Shown: positions 37,026 to 49,356 of the stretch, piece by piece
Position numbering within the stretch: position 1 is the first letter of the stretch
How the letters are laid out: each line of letters opens with the position of its first letter
Source of the DNA: Psammoneis japonica
Lineage: Eukaryota
Assembly: GCA_008632985.1 (NCBI GenBank)
Contig: QPGO01000028.1
Span: forward strand, 181,598-245,597
DNA length: 64,000 nucleotides
Reading direction: 5' to 3'
Notes under the pieces: model-generated
The model's database searches: none
What the model was told of the DNA's origin: nothing
The model's input: only the letters and a program-made list of their open reading frames with translations
Program-made: the position numbers and the translations under genes

Positions 37026-37858
37026 TGCGATGCTTGGAGGATCCGAAGACAACAAAGCTGCTTGGATGTCCTGAACTCCCCATCTGATGAACCGGTTGAA
37101 CTGTTGTGAACAGATTCAATGATGGGAAAAGGAGGCTCCCCATCAGGAGATACGAGAAGCAAGTTGTCACCTCCATCACTACTCAAACGAAGACTGTGAA
37201 GGGTGACAGCGGTCGACACGTGGAGGTTGGCAGCACGTGGTTTGCGGGGTGCAAAGACTGCAGCTTTGGAAGCCATGGGTGGAGTGTCCCAACTGGTCTT
37301 GAAGTGCGGGCCTGTGCAAGGGCTGCAATCCTGCACTGGGCCGAGGTTGCTTGCAGGCGGGTTGGTCAAGACATGCGGGGCGCGACTGACACCACTTCTG
37401 GGGGACACCTGAGTGGCGGCACAGTGCAAGGCTGGTGTCAAAATGGCACTGGGTTCATCTGGTTTGGATGGCAAGGGACTCAGCACAGGTGCGGAGGGTG
37501 CTGCGCCAGTGGCCAGAGAGGTCAAGTAGTCTGGACCAAGGCGGCAGTTGCGAAATTCCTCGGGTGTGAGCAACTGGGGTTCATTGGTCACATCATCACC
37601 GTTGCAAACTTTGACAAAGTAGAAGCTGATCAAGGCTGCTAGGAGGTTTCTGTGGGTCCGTGGCAAAGGCACTGCATTGGCGCCGTCTCTGTGAGTGAGG
37701 GCATCAATTTGGGTGGGTGAGAACGTGAACAATTCCTCGCACGATTCAATCCCATTGATGGACAGGGCAGAACGAAGAGGGCTGTCATCGTCTTGATTGA
37801 GCACAGTGCCTAGAATGTATTTGAAGCTTTCGGTTTGTTGCTGTCGCGTGAGAACCAT
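37001..37858 (-). pseudogene. Gag-like N-terminal ORF of LTR element 2
   Basis: MVLTRQQQTESFKYILGTVLNQDDDSPLRSALSINGI..IDAL resembles diatom Copia Gag N-termini; lies downstream of the PBS. Confidence 0.6.
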
Positions 37859-38800
37859 GACGGAGGACGGTGCAGTAGAAACAAAAGACAGGAACCAATC
37901 TAGAGCGCGATCTTGACTCGGAGTTTTGACTTGGAACTTGGCTTGAAGAAGACTTGACTTGAGCCAGACTTGACTTGAAATCTTGGACCATCTTAAAATC
38001 AGAAGTCGCTGGGCTGTGCCACCCCGTTCGTTGTTGAGTGCTAAACTTCCCATCCGGTCCGTAGAGTTGTGCCGGCACGTCCGAACCCGCAGCCAGTGGC
38101 GCTTTGGGTTGCTTACGAGCGGAGCAGCGGGTTGTAAACCCCTGCAGGTGAGCTGACTGGAGGTGGACAAGACCCCCGAACCGTTCTTATTTTATGTCGG
38201 TTGGATTTCCCGATCAGGCTGGCCAGTTGACGCAGGCGTTGGGCGCTGTGGACGAACGAACAAACGCGGGAAAAACACCCTCGCCCCAACGTAGGCTGTA
38301 ATCACGGCTGCTTGCTCTCACAGTTGTCCTCGTGGACCTGGTGGAACTGCAAAGCACCAGCAGTCCGGGGTGGATCTGGTGCAATGGACTCGGTGTGCTT
38401 GCAGAGTGGCAGCAAAACCGCAGTCCGAAGAGTGGGCACAAGTTCTTGGCCGTGAAGATGTGCACACACACATGTGTCTTTAGCGACGAAGATCCTTGAA
38501 CATGTGGGGTTCTTGACCGTCAACCAATGAATGGGTACATCAAGGGATGAGGATCAAGGATGGACTTGGACATGACCGTTGAATGCATGTCTTCAGCAAT
38601 CAAAGGTGGCACAACCAATCCAGACATCCAGCGGTGAGGAGACTTGACGGTGACGTTAACTTCCTGCCGATGCCCTGGTGTTGAACGCGCGTGGACTTGC
38701 CGATGTATGTAGAATGTGTGCGGAGGTCCACGCAGAATTGAAACAGCGTCGTTGGTAAATCAACGACGACGATGGCGGTTGCTCAATGGGTTGACAATGA

Positions 38801-38815
38801 GCAAGACTGTTAATC
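38801..38815 (-). promoter_or_regulatory. Primer-binding site complementary to a tRNA-Asn(GUU)-like anticodon arm
   Basis: Plus strand reads GACT-GTT-AATC abutting the 5' LTR. Confidence 0.6.
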
Positions 38816-39096
38816 TGACAGAAATTGAAGGCAAATGGCAAGAATTCAAACAATGACTCCTCACTGCTGTCTAAATGGCAGATGAGTCTCCGCTCAGAGA
38901 CCGTTGCAGGAGCCGAAAGACGTGCAAGTCGGTGTGATCGGGCTACTGTCATTGTTCTTGTGAGCCTTGTGGCTCGAAAGCAAACTACATCGCGCACGAA
39001 CGCGCGGAACTGAAGCACACAAAACTGTGCACGGTAAACCAAACAGCGCGCGATGTTTCACGCGCACCTAAATCCTGTTCAAATCCTGTCAAGAGT

Positions 39097-39920
39097 CCGC
39101 CATTTTGAAGCTGTTGTCAGAGAAGGATGACATTCCTGAGAACATGCCACTTTTCATCAGGTCTGGGCTCTTAGAGGCTGACATTGGGGGTGTGACGTTT
39201 CAATTGCCTGCACTTGAAATGCAACCTTGGTGTCGCAACATCTGCAGTTTGTGCTCAAAGGGATCAGACGATGAACGCATTGCCCTCATGAAGTGCACAC
39301 TCAATGGCACTTTGTGTGCTCTAAAATTTGTCCATGGTCTTGATGTCTGCCACCTTGGTGTCAATGAAGCAGACATCCATTTGCAAAAAAATGTGCAAAA
39401 TGAATGGAGTGCTGCACTTGCGGATTTCAGTGTTGCTCGACCTGTGCACAAGAAAGTCACAGGCTTTGTGGGAACCCCTGACTTCGTTCATCATGAGGTT
39501 CACGTGAATCATGAATGGACTTCTGTCAAAGAGCTTGACAAGAGAAGCCTTGGTTTTACAATGGTTGTGCTTCTTGAGGGTGGTGTCATTCTGTGGAAGG
39601 GCTTGAATGACAAAGGTCTGCGGGACCGCAACGCCTCCTCAGTGCACCAGGAGTGCATCAAGCAGGCAAAGTGTTGTTTGTCACAAAAGAAACTTGACAA
39701 GAATTTGTCAAATCAAATCCAGAACCTGTTCATCAAGGATGAAGCACAGCTCCAAAGGGCTTGTGGCAGCAAAACCAAGTGTGACTCAAGAAGGTGTGAC
39801 TGCTCCAAGAAGGGGCATGGTTGCTCTGTTTTGTGTGCGTGTTGTGATGATCAGAAAAAAATCCCTGTGCCTTGGCCCTTGCTGGTGCAAGAGTCTGATT
39901 CCTTCAAGTGTGCCACTTGA
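39097..39920 (+). pseudogene. 3' part of the kinase pseudogene, with a C-terminal Cys-rich (CXC-like) tail
   Basis: Removing the element and one TSD restores the frame (ISRE-SAILKLL); HLGV..I (catalytic loop, Asp lost), LADFS (DFG), GTPDF; CGSKTKCDSRRCDC..CSVLCAC. Confidence 0.8.
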
Positions 39921-40379
39921 AGATGTCAAGTTTGATGCTCCCATCAACATTGTTGATTCTGTGGACAATTCTGTTAACACCCCTTGACCTTTAGAGTCAC
40001 CAGTGCTTGTGTGTGATTGATGCAGAGGCCACTTCTCTGCCGCAGGTGACGCTAAGATGTTGTCACCAAACAAAAGTGTTTCAATGGATCCACTGCTCTA
40101 GTTTGAGCTTTTTCATTGTTGTTGCTGTTGTTCCAGTGCAGAGCTTTGTTGTCATTGGTGCCGCAAAGCACTTTGCATCTCAAAGGCATGGAGTCTTAGC
40201 ATCTGCAGCCACCCTGTCACTTTGCACCTTTGTCAGCTGAAAAGCATCCATCCACACAACCTCGTCTTCCAGTGAAAACTTTGCATGATTTGCATCTCCA
40301 ATTTTTTTCCCATTGAGCAAAGATGCAGTTTGCACATGAGTGTGTGTCTCTGAGAGGACAGCAGCACATGATCTTCATG

Positions 40380-41290
40380 GGAAGCACATCACAAGTTGTT
40401 TGGAACAAGACAAGCTTCATCTCAACATGATTTGTGATCATGCTGAAACAGGCACAGGAATCTGTGAGTGCATGATCCAAATGCACTGCTCAGCCCCACG
40501 CATGCAGATCCCACACAGATGCGTGCACCAGAGGAGGGGTGGTGCAGACTCAGATTTTTGCTCAGAAATGGGCATTGACTTTGTTCATCCCAGAAAATGC
40601 AGTCTCTCAGATTTTGAAGTGCGCTGGCACAGACTTTCTGTCATGTGCTCTCCAGCTCCCTCATGGGATGAATGGTTGTTTTGTCCAGGCCAGATCTTTG
40701 GCCCTCTTGCATTTTGAGAGGCAATGGCAGACATCCAGAGGCTGGCTGTGTGTCCTGGTGCCAATGTTGTCAGGGGGCGGTGGCAACACAGCCCATGACA
40801 CCCCCCTGTGAGCTGATGCCATGAGCTGAGTTGCACATTGCACTGTGGGAGCTTGACACTTGGTGTGCAACAATGATGCACAACCAAGGCAAGACAAGCT
40901 GGTGCTCTCTTGACTCTCAATGCAAGCCAAAAAAAAAGAAAGCTGTGCAACTGCCTTTTTCCTCTCCCAAGTCACGCCCACTGCACACCACTCCCTTTTG
41001 CTCAAGTGGCTTTGACACACAAAACAATGCTCTGCTCCTTCTGGATCTGTGCTTCTGATGGAGTTCTCATCAATGATGGTTCCAACCCATCCATGGCTGC
41101 ATGCTCTCCACTCACACGTGCAGCAGCCACTGCTGCCTGGTGACTCTTCTGGTGTCTCTTGCATGACCCAGCTCACATCTCTCACAACACGATCGCATTT
41201 GCTTTTGTTCCTTCCACTCCACCCTGCAATCTTGCTTGCCCTGACAGAATTTGCAATGGACATGCACCCACTCTTTGAAGACAGCATCAC
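40380..41290. repeat. Repeat homologous to 46950-47765 plus 49577-49745 (the Harbinger target)
   Basis: Shared GAAACAGGCACAGG.AATCTGTGA, GGTGGCAACACAGCCCAT, GCTTCTGATGGAGTT and ATCTTGCTTGCC.TGACAGAATTTGCAA. Confidence 0.75.
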
Positions 41291-41749
41291 AAAATCCCCC
41301 CCCCCCCTTGTGTGTCACCACGTGATGGGATCAATGGGAATCATTCGAAAATGTCCCATCGGTCACATTTAATTTTTCACACAACAAAAAATGCAAAATC
41401 ATGTGGAAATGCACACAATGTCATGCAAGAGAGTGATTGGACCCAACAACTTTGCGGGAAGTCAATTGAAATGTTGTCTGATCAAGGGCATTTTGATTTG
41501 CATGGTGAAGACCAACACCCTTGATCAGACAACATTTCAATTGATTTCCTGAGAAGTTGACATTCACACGTGGACAGACAGGCACACTGACAACGATTGT
41601 TTTTGGCACTCTTCCACACAATTTCTACATGATGACTGTGAGAGCCGAATGATTCCTGCTGTTGTTGGGCCTCTGATGCGCGCGCGTGCTCACCGCGGCA
41701 TCGGCATCTGTCCATCTGCCCACATGCACTTCACTCATGATGGCGACAA

Positions 41750-42075
41750 GGATTGGCCACCTCTTTTTTGTTGCAGTCATCAAAGACCCAATGCTCATCT
41801 GGATCAATGAGCACAGAGTCCAAGTCCTGTGCTGCCATTCTGCCTTTTCAGGGAATTCAGACATGACTGCAAAAATGCCGCTTGATGTTGTAGAAAAAGT
41901 TTGAGCAGCTCTGCTCTGTTAGCCAAGGGGCCAATGTGCTGTCCCTTGCTCAGACAATCCCCTTCCTCCCACATTTTAATGGTCATGTTTGGCAACGTAC
42001 GAAATTTCTTCAAAACCAGTTTTGGCAACATTTTGCTGTGAGGATCCACCGCAACAATCAAGTGACGAAGAGGCA
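41750..42075 (-). pseudogene. Second partial copy of the GT92-like gene
   Basis: PLRHLIVAVDPHSKMLPKLVLKKFRTLPNMTIKMW..SCLNSLKRQN, paralogous to 10135-10445. Confidence 0.75.
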
Positions 42076-42885
42076 CCAACAGAAAAAGATTCAACATTTT
42101 GTGGCAACTTTCAAGCACCCATGCTTCAAGTGTTGTGCTGCTTCTGACGTGCTCAGCTGTGCTCTTCAGAGATTTAAAAATGTGCAACTTTTGTCTTGTT
42201 CTCAGAAATGACAAAAGCCAAACTCTGCCAGCTCTTTGCAAAACTCCAGGGCATGCAAAAACCATGTCAGAAAAGAGTGTGTGCAGAAATGTGCACAGCA
42301 GCTTTCATGCAGCCGATGACAAAAAAAGGTGCCACAGTCCAATGCAACCCAGAGCCAGAGCATCCTTGTGCATGTCAAAAGGCTGTGCAACAAGTGGCCA
42401 TGAGACAACTGTGTCAACAACCCAGCTGATTATTTGTTTCTGCCACACTGCAAAAAAGAGCCACACTCAAGCACCCCCCATTGATGCCCTTTGTCAAGAA
42501 ACTGCACAATCTCTGTGTTTTGTTTCAAAAAGCAAGTGTCAACAATGTGCTCACCTGGTTCCTGAGCCAAAGCATTGCTTGATGCCCATTTTATTTTCCA
42601 GGAAATTCCCTCATTTGTGCATTTTTCTTGTTCATTTTCCATGTGTTGTGCATCACATCATTGTTGTCAGGTTCATCCATCACATGAGATGTCTCTGTTT
42701 CCAGGCAGGTGCTGGGGTGCCAGCATGTGAGACATGTGTTTGCTCTCCCTCCACACAAAATGAACAAAACGAAATTTGTGACACACTCAAAGGAAACAGA
42801 TGAAATGAAATTGTGCCAACTTTCTTGCAAAACCAGATGTGTGCAAATCCTCTCTTGTCACCCACACACTGACTTGCCATGTGCA

Positions 42886-42919
<34 letters not shown>

Positions 42920-44454
42920 CCACAACAAATGACTTGCTTGTGCGCGCTTCTGTGCAAAAATCAGGAGGAGACGTGCAAAACAAAGAGTGGTTGTCGCTGG
43001 TGGCTGGAATCACAGAAAGAGATGCCTGGGCACATTGTTTGCATTGGCCATGTCTGCGGGTGTCAAAGCTCTTGTTGTCACTCTCAATGCCCTTCTGTCA
43101 TCTTTGGACAGCAGCTGCCTCAGCAGCATTCCCACACTGCAGATGAAGAGTTGAGAGAGCAGCGGCCGGCTCTGTGTGTTGACCTGGTGAGAGAGTTGCT
43201 TTGGATTGTTTTTTTTGTTTGAATTTTTGGGGAGAGTTGATCTCATCTTGATCTGCTAATTTCTTGCAAGAAGCAACTGTGCCCTTGCGTTTGGTGCATT
43301 TGGCGGAGGTTTTCTGCAAGGTGAGTTTCTGGAAGTTTTCCACGCAAGAATTGCGCGCATCGGTGCAGCCGACTTTTTTAGCTGATTTGTGCGGGAATAA
43401 CAGACTACATGCATGAATGTTATAATAAATTAAAAAAGCACTCAACAGATGATGCTGACAGTCGTGCAATGACGGTGCGCTCCATGTTGTGTGAGTCAAA
43501 ACCTGCTTTTCGAAACTTTTGTTCACTCACCTTCCACAGGTCCAGCACATAACGTCGTCATGAAAAAAGGCGAAGTCGTAAACGACAACTCGTAACACCC
43601 ACCAGAACAACAACATCAACACAATCAAAACGATAACGATCGATCACAGAGCGACGAGAGTCTCAGCGCAGTAAGAGCGTGTAGGCCCTACAGTGTGTAG
43701 AATATCCATTCAACCGCAACACTCACAAGTAAATTTTTAAAACTCATATTTTAAGACACGAACATTTGAAAAAATATCTTCGAAATTTAAACCTTCCTCC
43801 TTGGACAACTGATTACCGGCACAACTGACATCGTCACGTAATGCACATACTGTCAAGCACTGCTCACAAAAAAGGATAGTGATAACTTCCTTCAGAAAAC
43901 AGGATGACGACGAAATTTTCAATCTTCTTCTGTTTTTCGTTCTGCCGCACAAACTCTTCGCACCTCTTCTGTTTTTCCGTTCTTTCTTCCGCACGAATTC
44001 TTCTCGCTTACGAGTATTATAATATTCTGTCAATTGCCGTCAGCTGAACTTTGGGTACATGCAGGTATCAATCCCGCTGCGTTTCACCGCACACCGCACA
44101 GTATGTGAGTATACCCGCCTTTCGCCTTTCTCTGTAGATTTCCAGGTGGCCAAGTTGTGATTGTGTTGTTGCTCTTTTGACCAAACGCAAAATCGTCTTC
44201 TTATTCTGCTGCGCCTGTTTCTACATTCACCAGCGTATCGATTGAACAACTATACGGAGCTTTCCTTTGCTCATCATCTCCACTTTGACTGTAGTCTGGA
44301 GATTGCCGTGATTGCATACAAGGAACCTTTCGTCTCCTCATCTCACGTCTCTTCACCACTCAGCCGAATTACCAGCTCGCCAAATTGGGTGACGACTCAG
44401 CGGCGACAGAACAAAAACATTGGACAAGGGACTCCCATCGTCTCTAGAATTGAA

Positions 44455-46354
44455 ATGAATGAAAATATTGCCACTTCAGATGGGCTCACGCATCCGAGAA
44501 GCCCAATTGCATTTGTCGCTGCTGTCAGAGAAGGAGTGCCGTTGCCGCTTGATGCGCTGAGTGTCGTTGCAGCATTACTTCCAAGATTCCAGGGGCCAAA
44601 TCCTAATGAATCTGTTGCTCAGCTGCTGTCACCACATCTTGGGAGTCTTACACACAATCACGAGCTAGCCCCTCCTCCTACAGCGGGAGAAAGTGACATC
44701 GCCGGCTACAGAGGACCTTTTGCGCCTCTGGGCAGTGGATTGACTGGTTCACACCTTGATGATTTCTCTCTGTTTCCTCCTCATCCCGGAGACTACCAAG
44801 TGAAACAGCTCCGCTAGAACGAAGCCTTTCCTCAACAATAGCACTTCAAATCAGGGCAGAACGCACAGAAGCACTTTTGCTCAAGTCAATGGTACGGGAA
44901 CATATCTTACATCAAGAACAGCAAGAACTGTTGCATGCAAGTCAATTGCAATCATTGATTCAAGCGTCTTGTCTTGCCCATGTCGTTGCGCCTGATTTGT
45001 GTTTGATGGAGCAAACTAGAATGTCACCACCTGCGCTGGTGCTGCCGACCCTGAAGCAGAATCTCGCCAATTTTGTGTCGATACAGCGGAAAGAAAACAA
45101 ATCGTTGGACGAAGGGCACCCATCGAGTCTGGACGCGGGAAGCATCGACATTCTAGAAAATATAGGCACTTGGAAAACCCGTCTCCAAGAACTGATAGAT
45201 TTTCAAAAGTGCCACGGCCATTGTCGAGTTCCTATCGATTATCCGGTAAGGATGAGTGTCAAGATATTGTTGCCTTTTATTGAGTACGAACCTTTTTTTC
45301 ACTTGTAGTTTTCCTTTCGGTTTTGGTGTTACTTTTCATACAGCCGAATCATGCACTAGGGTATTGGGCTTTAACTCAGCGACAAGAAAAGAAAGAGTAT
45401 GACGAGGGACATCCATCGAGTCTGGACGCGGAAAAAGTCAAACTTCTGGACGACATTGGCTTTGAGTGGAATATCCTTGAGAGAAAAGAAACAGGAACGG
45501 ATCCACCAAACGATCTTGAAGAAACTCGTCGTAGTCAATTAATTGAGTTCAGCGATGATACGGATCATGGCAATTGTCTTGTTCCTGAGGAGTTTCGGGT
45601 AAGAATGAGTTTCTAGTGGTTGTGTTTCCCTTTTCGTTCAGAATACATTCGTGTCCCTATCCAGAGCTCACAGACTGTTTTGTTTCTCTGTTGGGTCGTA
45701 GCCATATCCTGCACCTGAGCTTAGGGTGTCGCGGGTGTCTTCTCATCAGCGGCAGTTGGACGATGGACGTCCAATGAGACTCGACGAGAGAAAAATCATA
45801 TTTCCAAAAGACCAGAGATCTATCTTGAACATGGACCCAAGTGAGGACAAAATAGAAACGGACAATAGAAACGATTTAAACCAGAAGAACCATTGGGAAA
45901 ACTGTCTTGAAGATCTCATTGAGTTCAAGAGGGCTCATGGACATTGTCAAGTTCCTCTTGTTTACCCGGTAAGGATTAGGTTCACGCAGTTACTCTGCTC
46001 TCCTTCTTCCGTGTGCCTTGGTGTCCCCGTCTTGTTCGCTTACGTGTTTTCCTTTGTGCATGTTGTCCATCCATGCAGCCGCATCCTGCCCTTGGTTCTT
46101 GGGTGTCGGCGCAACAAAAAGAGAAAGAGGCGCTCGACGCGGGTCGCGAATCGAGATTGAATGCGGAAAAGATCAAAATTCTGCAAGATCTTGGCGTTGT
46201 CTTGGAATCAGCTCCTAGAGGATTAAAGAGGAAAATTGGCGAGCCTTGTTGCTCAAACCAATCTTATGCGCAGGCTCCTCTCAGGATCAGAGGGGGGTTT
46301 GTAAGCAGCAGAAGAGGACGACGTCGCCGGGGGGTGTTTGCTTCCAAGAAGTAA
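44455..46354 (+). pseudogene. HA-repeat protein copy 2; same exon layout (to 45245, 45344-45598, 45702-45968, 46079-46354) but frameshifted near 44800
   Basis: Colinear with 16609-18618; a deletion at about 44797-44805 leads to TAG at 44815-44817; normal TA/CG content. Confidence 0.75.
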
Positions 46355-48029
46355 GGTTGCATCTTTGCAAACTATACGTTCCCTTGTGAAGCTACTCTGC
46401 AAGGGTGAATGGAAGCAATCTAGAACTGCAAACGGACATGTTTAAACCAAGGACTGTCAAAAATGCGACCAGATTTTGTGCCTTCCGGAGGCTGTCGTCT
46501 TGAGCAGGAATCTCTACAATCGAGTTTCAATGCTTCGACCCCACTCCACCTTCGTCAGCATGTCGTAGAGACTCGAGTTCTGGGAATCTACCGCTTTTGC
46601 ATTCAGCATAAGGACGTTTCCCTTCATCCTGGATACTCGAGTTTTCGAAAGCACAGTCCGCAAACACAGTTGGAAGCAATTTCTCTTTGATCTGTGCTGG
46701 GTAAGTGTTCAATTTTGGCGAGTTTTGCAAGGACAATGTAAATATAAATGTACATAAAGGCATTTCACATAGATACAGACGCATGTGTTTTCAATGATTT
46801 TACGGCAGTGCCATGATTGTCGCACGGGCAGAAAATCTGCACCGGCATTGCAGATTCAGGGGACCAGAACAGGCACAGATTTCCAGAGGGTTTGCAGAGA
46901 CACACAGTCAGATTGCAAAAGATCCAGATCTTCCATCATCTCAACAAGATTTGCATTCACATGAAAACAGGCACAGGGAATCTGTGAATGCATGGCCTGA
47001 ATGTGCTGCTCAGGTGCGAGCACCCGCCTGGCGCAGATCCTGTGCAGAGGCATCATGCACCGGAGAAGGTGTGGCACACGCTCAGCTTTCCACTCAGAAA
47101 CAGGCACTGACTTAATTCAGCCCATTCACAGGAGATTTTGAAATGTGTTGGCACAGATTTTCTGCTTTTTGCTTGATTTTGAGTGCACAGTTCACATGTG
47201 GGGGGAAAATGGGGGTTGAACATCTCACAAACTAGCAGCATTTTGGGGAGATTTGTTGCACACACAATGCACCAGATTCTTGCATGTGGACACAAGAGTG
47301 GGCTGGACAAACAAACACACTGGGAACTTTTGCACAGCTCTGTGCAACCAAGCAGACTTTTGGGAGTGGCCAGCCTTGGGTGGTTGTTTGACCCAGGCCC
47401 AGCAGGTGGGTTGGCTCTCTCAAACATTTTGAGAGACACACAGCAATGCACGGGCATCCTGGTGGGAGGCTGCACATGTGCTGGTTGATGTTGTTGTCAG
47501 GTGGCAACACAGCCCATCATGAGAACACACAAGAGCTGAGAGTTGCAAGCCATCTTGAACACTTGAAGCATGTCACTTGGTGCGCACAACAGCAGAAGCG
47601 TGCTTCACAGGTGCTGGCAGCACCGCTTTTTTGTTGTTTTGGTGCCAACGGGGCTTTGACAGACAAGACAATGTGTGTGCACCACTTCTTCTGGCTCACT
47701 GCTGCTTCTGATGGAGTTTTTGTCAAAATGACTCAACCCACCCAAGGCACCGCACTCGCTGCTCAGACGCCGGGATAACAAGCGCGCATTCGCGCCCCGG
47801 GGCAGTAAAGCGCCCTGCAGCCGATCGCCGGGCAGGGCGCCAGACATCGCGAAGATATCAGGCCTCAACGCGCATTGGCGCCCGCCGCCCGCCGCCACCG
47901 CTCGTTGAGATGACGTGGCACTGACGACTAGGGTAGCAAACGCTCATAAAATAAAGCCACGAAACCGCTTTTTGTGAACAAGCTCTGTTGTTCTGTTGTA
48001 TCAAACGCAGGACCAACACGAAGTTAAGC

Positions 48030-48255
48030 AAGGGAGTAATCAAAGCCCTCATCAGGGAAGGTCTTGATGATGATGATTTTAAAGAGATAGAGCACATATA
48101 TCAGTTCAAGCGGGTGAAATGAGACGACCACGTCGAAATGCTCCGTCATACCAATGAATTCGAGAACCGGTACCACATGGAGGAAGAGACATTTTGCATT
48201 TTAGTCGATACTCTATGCGAGGATGCGACAGTAAGCTTGCAAAATCACGAAAGCT
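48030..48255 (+). pseudogene. Harbinger transposase N-terminal fragment
   Basis: RVK*DDHVEMLRHTNEFENRYHMEEETFCILVDTL resembles the F...YRM....F..LV..L helix-turn-helix; DDE core missing. Confidence 0.6.
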
Positions 48256-48477
48256 ACAGTATTACAACAATTACTAGTATGTAGATTACTCTCAGACAAT
48301 ATGAACTCAAAGTCAATCCAATCAACCCGATAATAATTTCATATTTTTGGTTTTGATTTTGAGTATAGTTGTACATGTAATATTATATCTATGTAGTTTA
48401 CATTCTGATGGACTAGTAGAACTGAATCTACTATGGCCTAATCTCCAATATATGCTATGATTCGTATTGTATCTATG

Positions 48478-49356
48478 CTACGCTATTTTGTCGTGAAACT
48501 CTTTGAGCTGGCGATTGAAATACGCACGCTGCTCTTTTTTGTTTTCGATTTCTATTTGGGTCTCGTAGATTTCTAGAAATGTAGATTCTTGCGAGTCAGG
48601 TGCGTCATACAAACCACCAGAGTCGGCATCGGATTCGTTGAAGTCACGCCACGATCTATCCTTGGATGCCTTGTTTGATGCCTTTCGAGGCTTCTTGGTA
48701 TTGCTACCATTGTTGGCACTCGATTTAGGCAATTGGCGAGCAATAGACTCACTGAATGATCCTTCCGACAGTTCACCTTTCAAGAAAATGAACCGAATAT
48801 ACAATTTGAGGACGCATGACGAGTTAGATTTTCATTGAAGTAATATGAAAGAGCAATTCAGACAGAACAATAATACTCACCGGTTATTTTCTCAAAAATA
48901 CCAGGAAACTGAAAAACAAACTCGTGAAAATATGACAAGTAGTTGCTGTTGTTAATAAAGTCCGAGAAAGGCTTCGCCGACTCCCTGCCTGCTTCATCGT
49001 CTTGATCTCCAAACTCTCCACGCGTCCCAGATAGTTTCCAGTTCTTGAATGCATACTGATATTCCTTCACACACGACTTCAAAATATCCTCTGACTTTTT
49101 CCACGTTATGTCACTTGAAAAGTTACTAGGGTCCGAGCCTCTGAAAGCTCGAATAGGGTGCGACGACCTTGGTGACAACAGTAGCGCCGTCGACACCACT
49201 CGTATCGCTTGTGCCGGCAATAGGCGCTTTTCGAGAAGACGTCAGACCGATGGCACCATTGTCTTCGTCTCTAGATGAGGCAAGTAACTCTTCCGTACTG
49301 AGAGTAGGCGTTGTCTTGCCGCTGGAAGGCGCGGGAGTAGTATTCATAGAGCTCAT
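48478..49356 (-). pseudogene. Harbinger accessory (ORF2-like) protein relic with one intron
   Basis: WKKSEDILKSCVKEYQYAFKNWKLSG..FSDF..YLSYFH; GTGAGT donor near 48880; frameshift near 49160. Confidence 0.45.

Larger units (their letters stand above)
35374..39091 (-). mobile_element. Non-autonomous (internally deleted) Copia-type LTR retrotransposon inserted in the kinase gene
   Basis: 276-bp LTRs TGACAG...CTGTCA (35374-35649, 38816-39091), TSD AGAGT (35369-35373, 39092-39096), PPT AAACTGGGGAG, Gag N-terminus and a short RT N-terminal remnant. Confidence 0.93.

Noticed and set aside
10800..43300. Hundreds of Cys/His-rich overlapping ORFs as real genes
   Set aside because: Loss of TA removes TAA and TAG stops on both strands and enriches TGY/CAY codons, so the ORFs are by-products.
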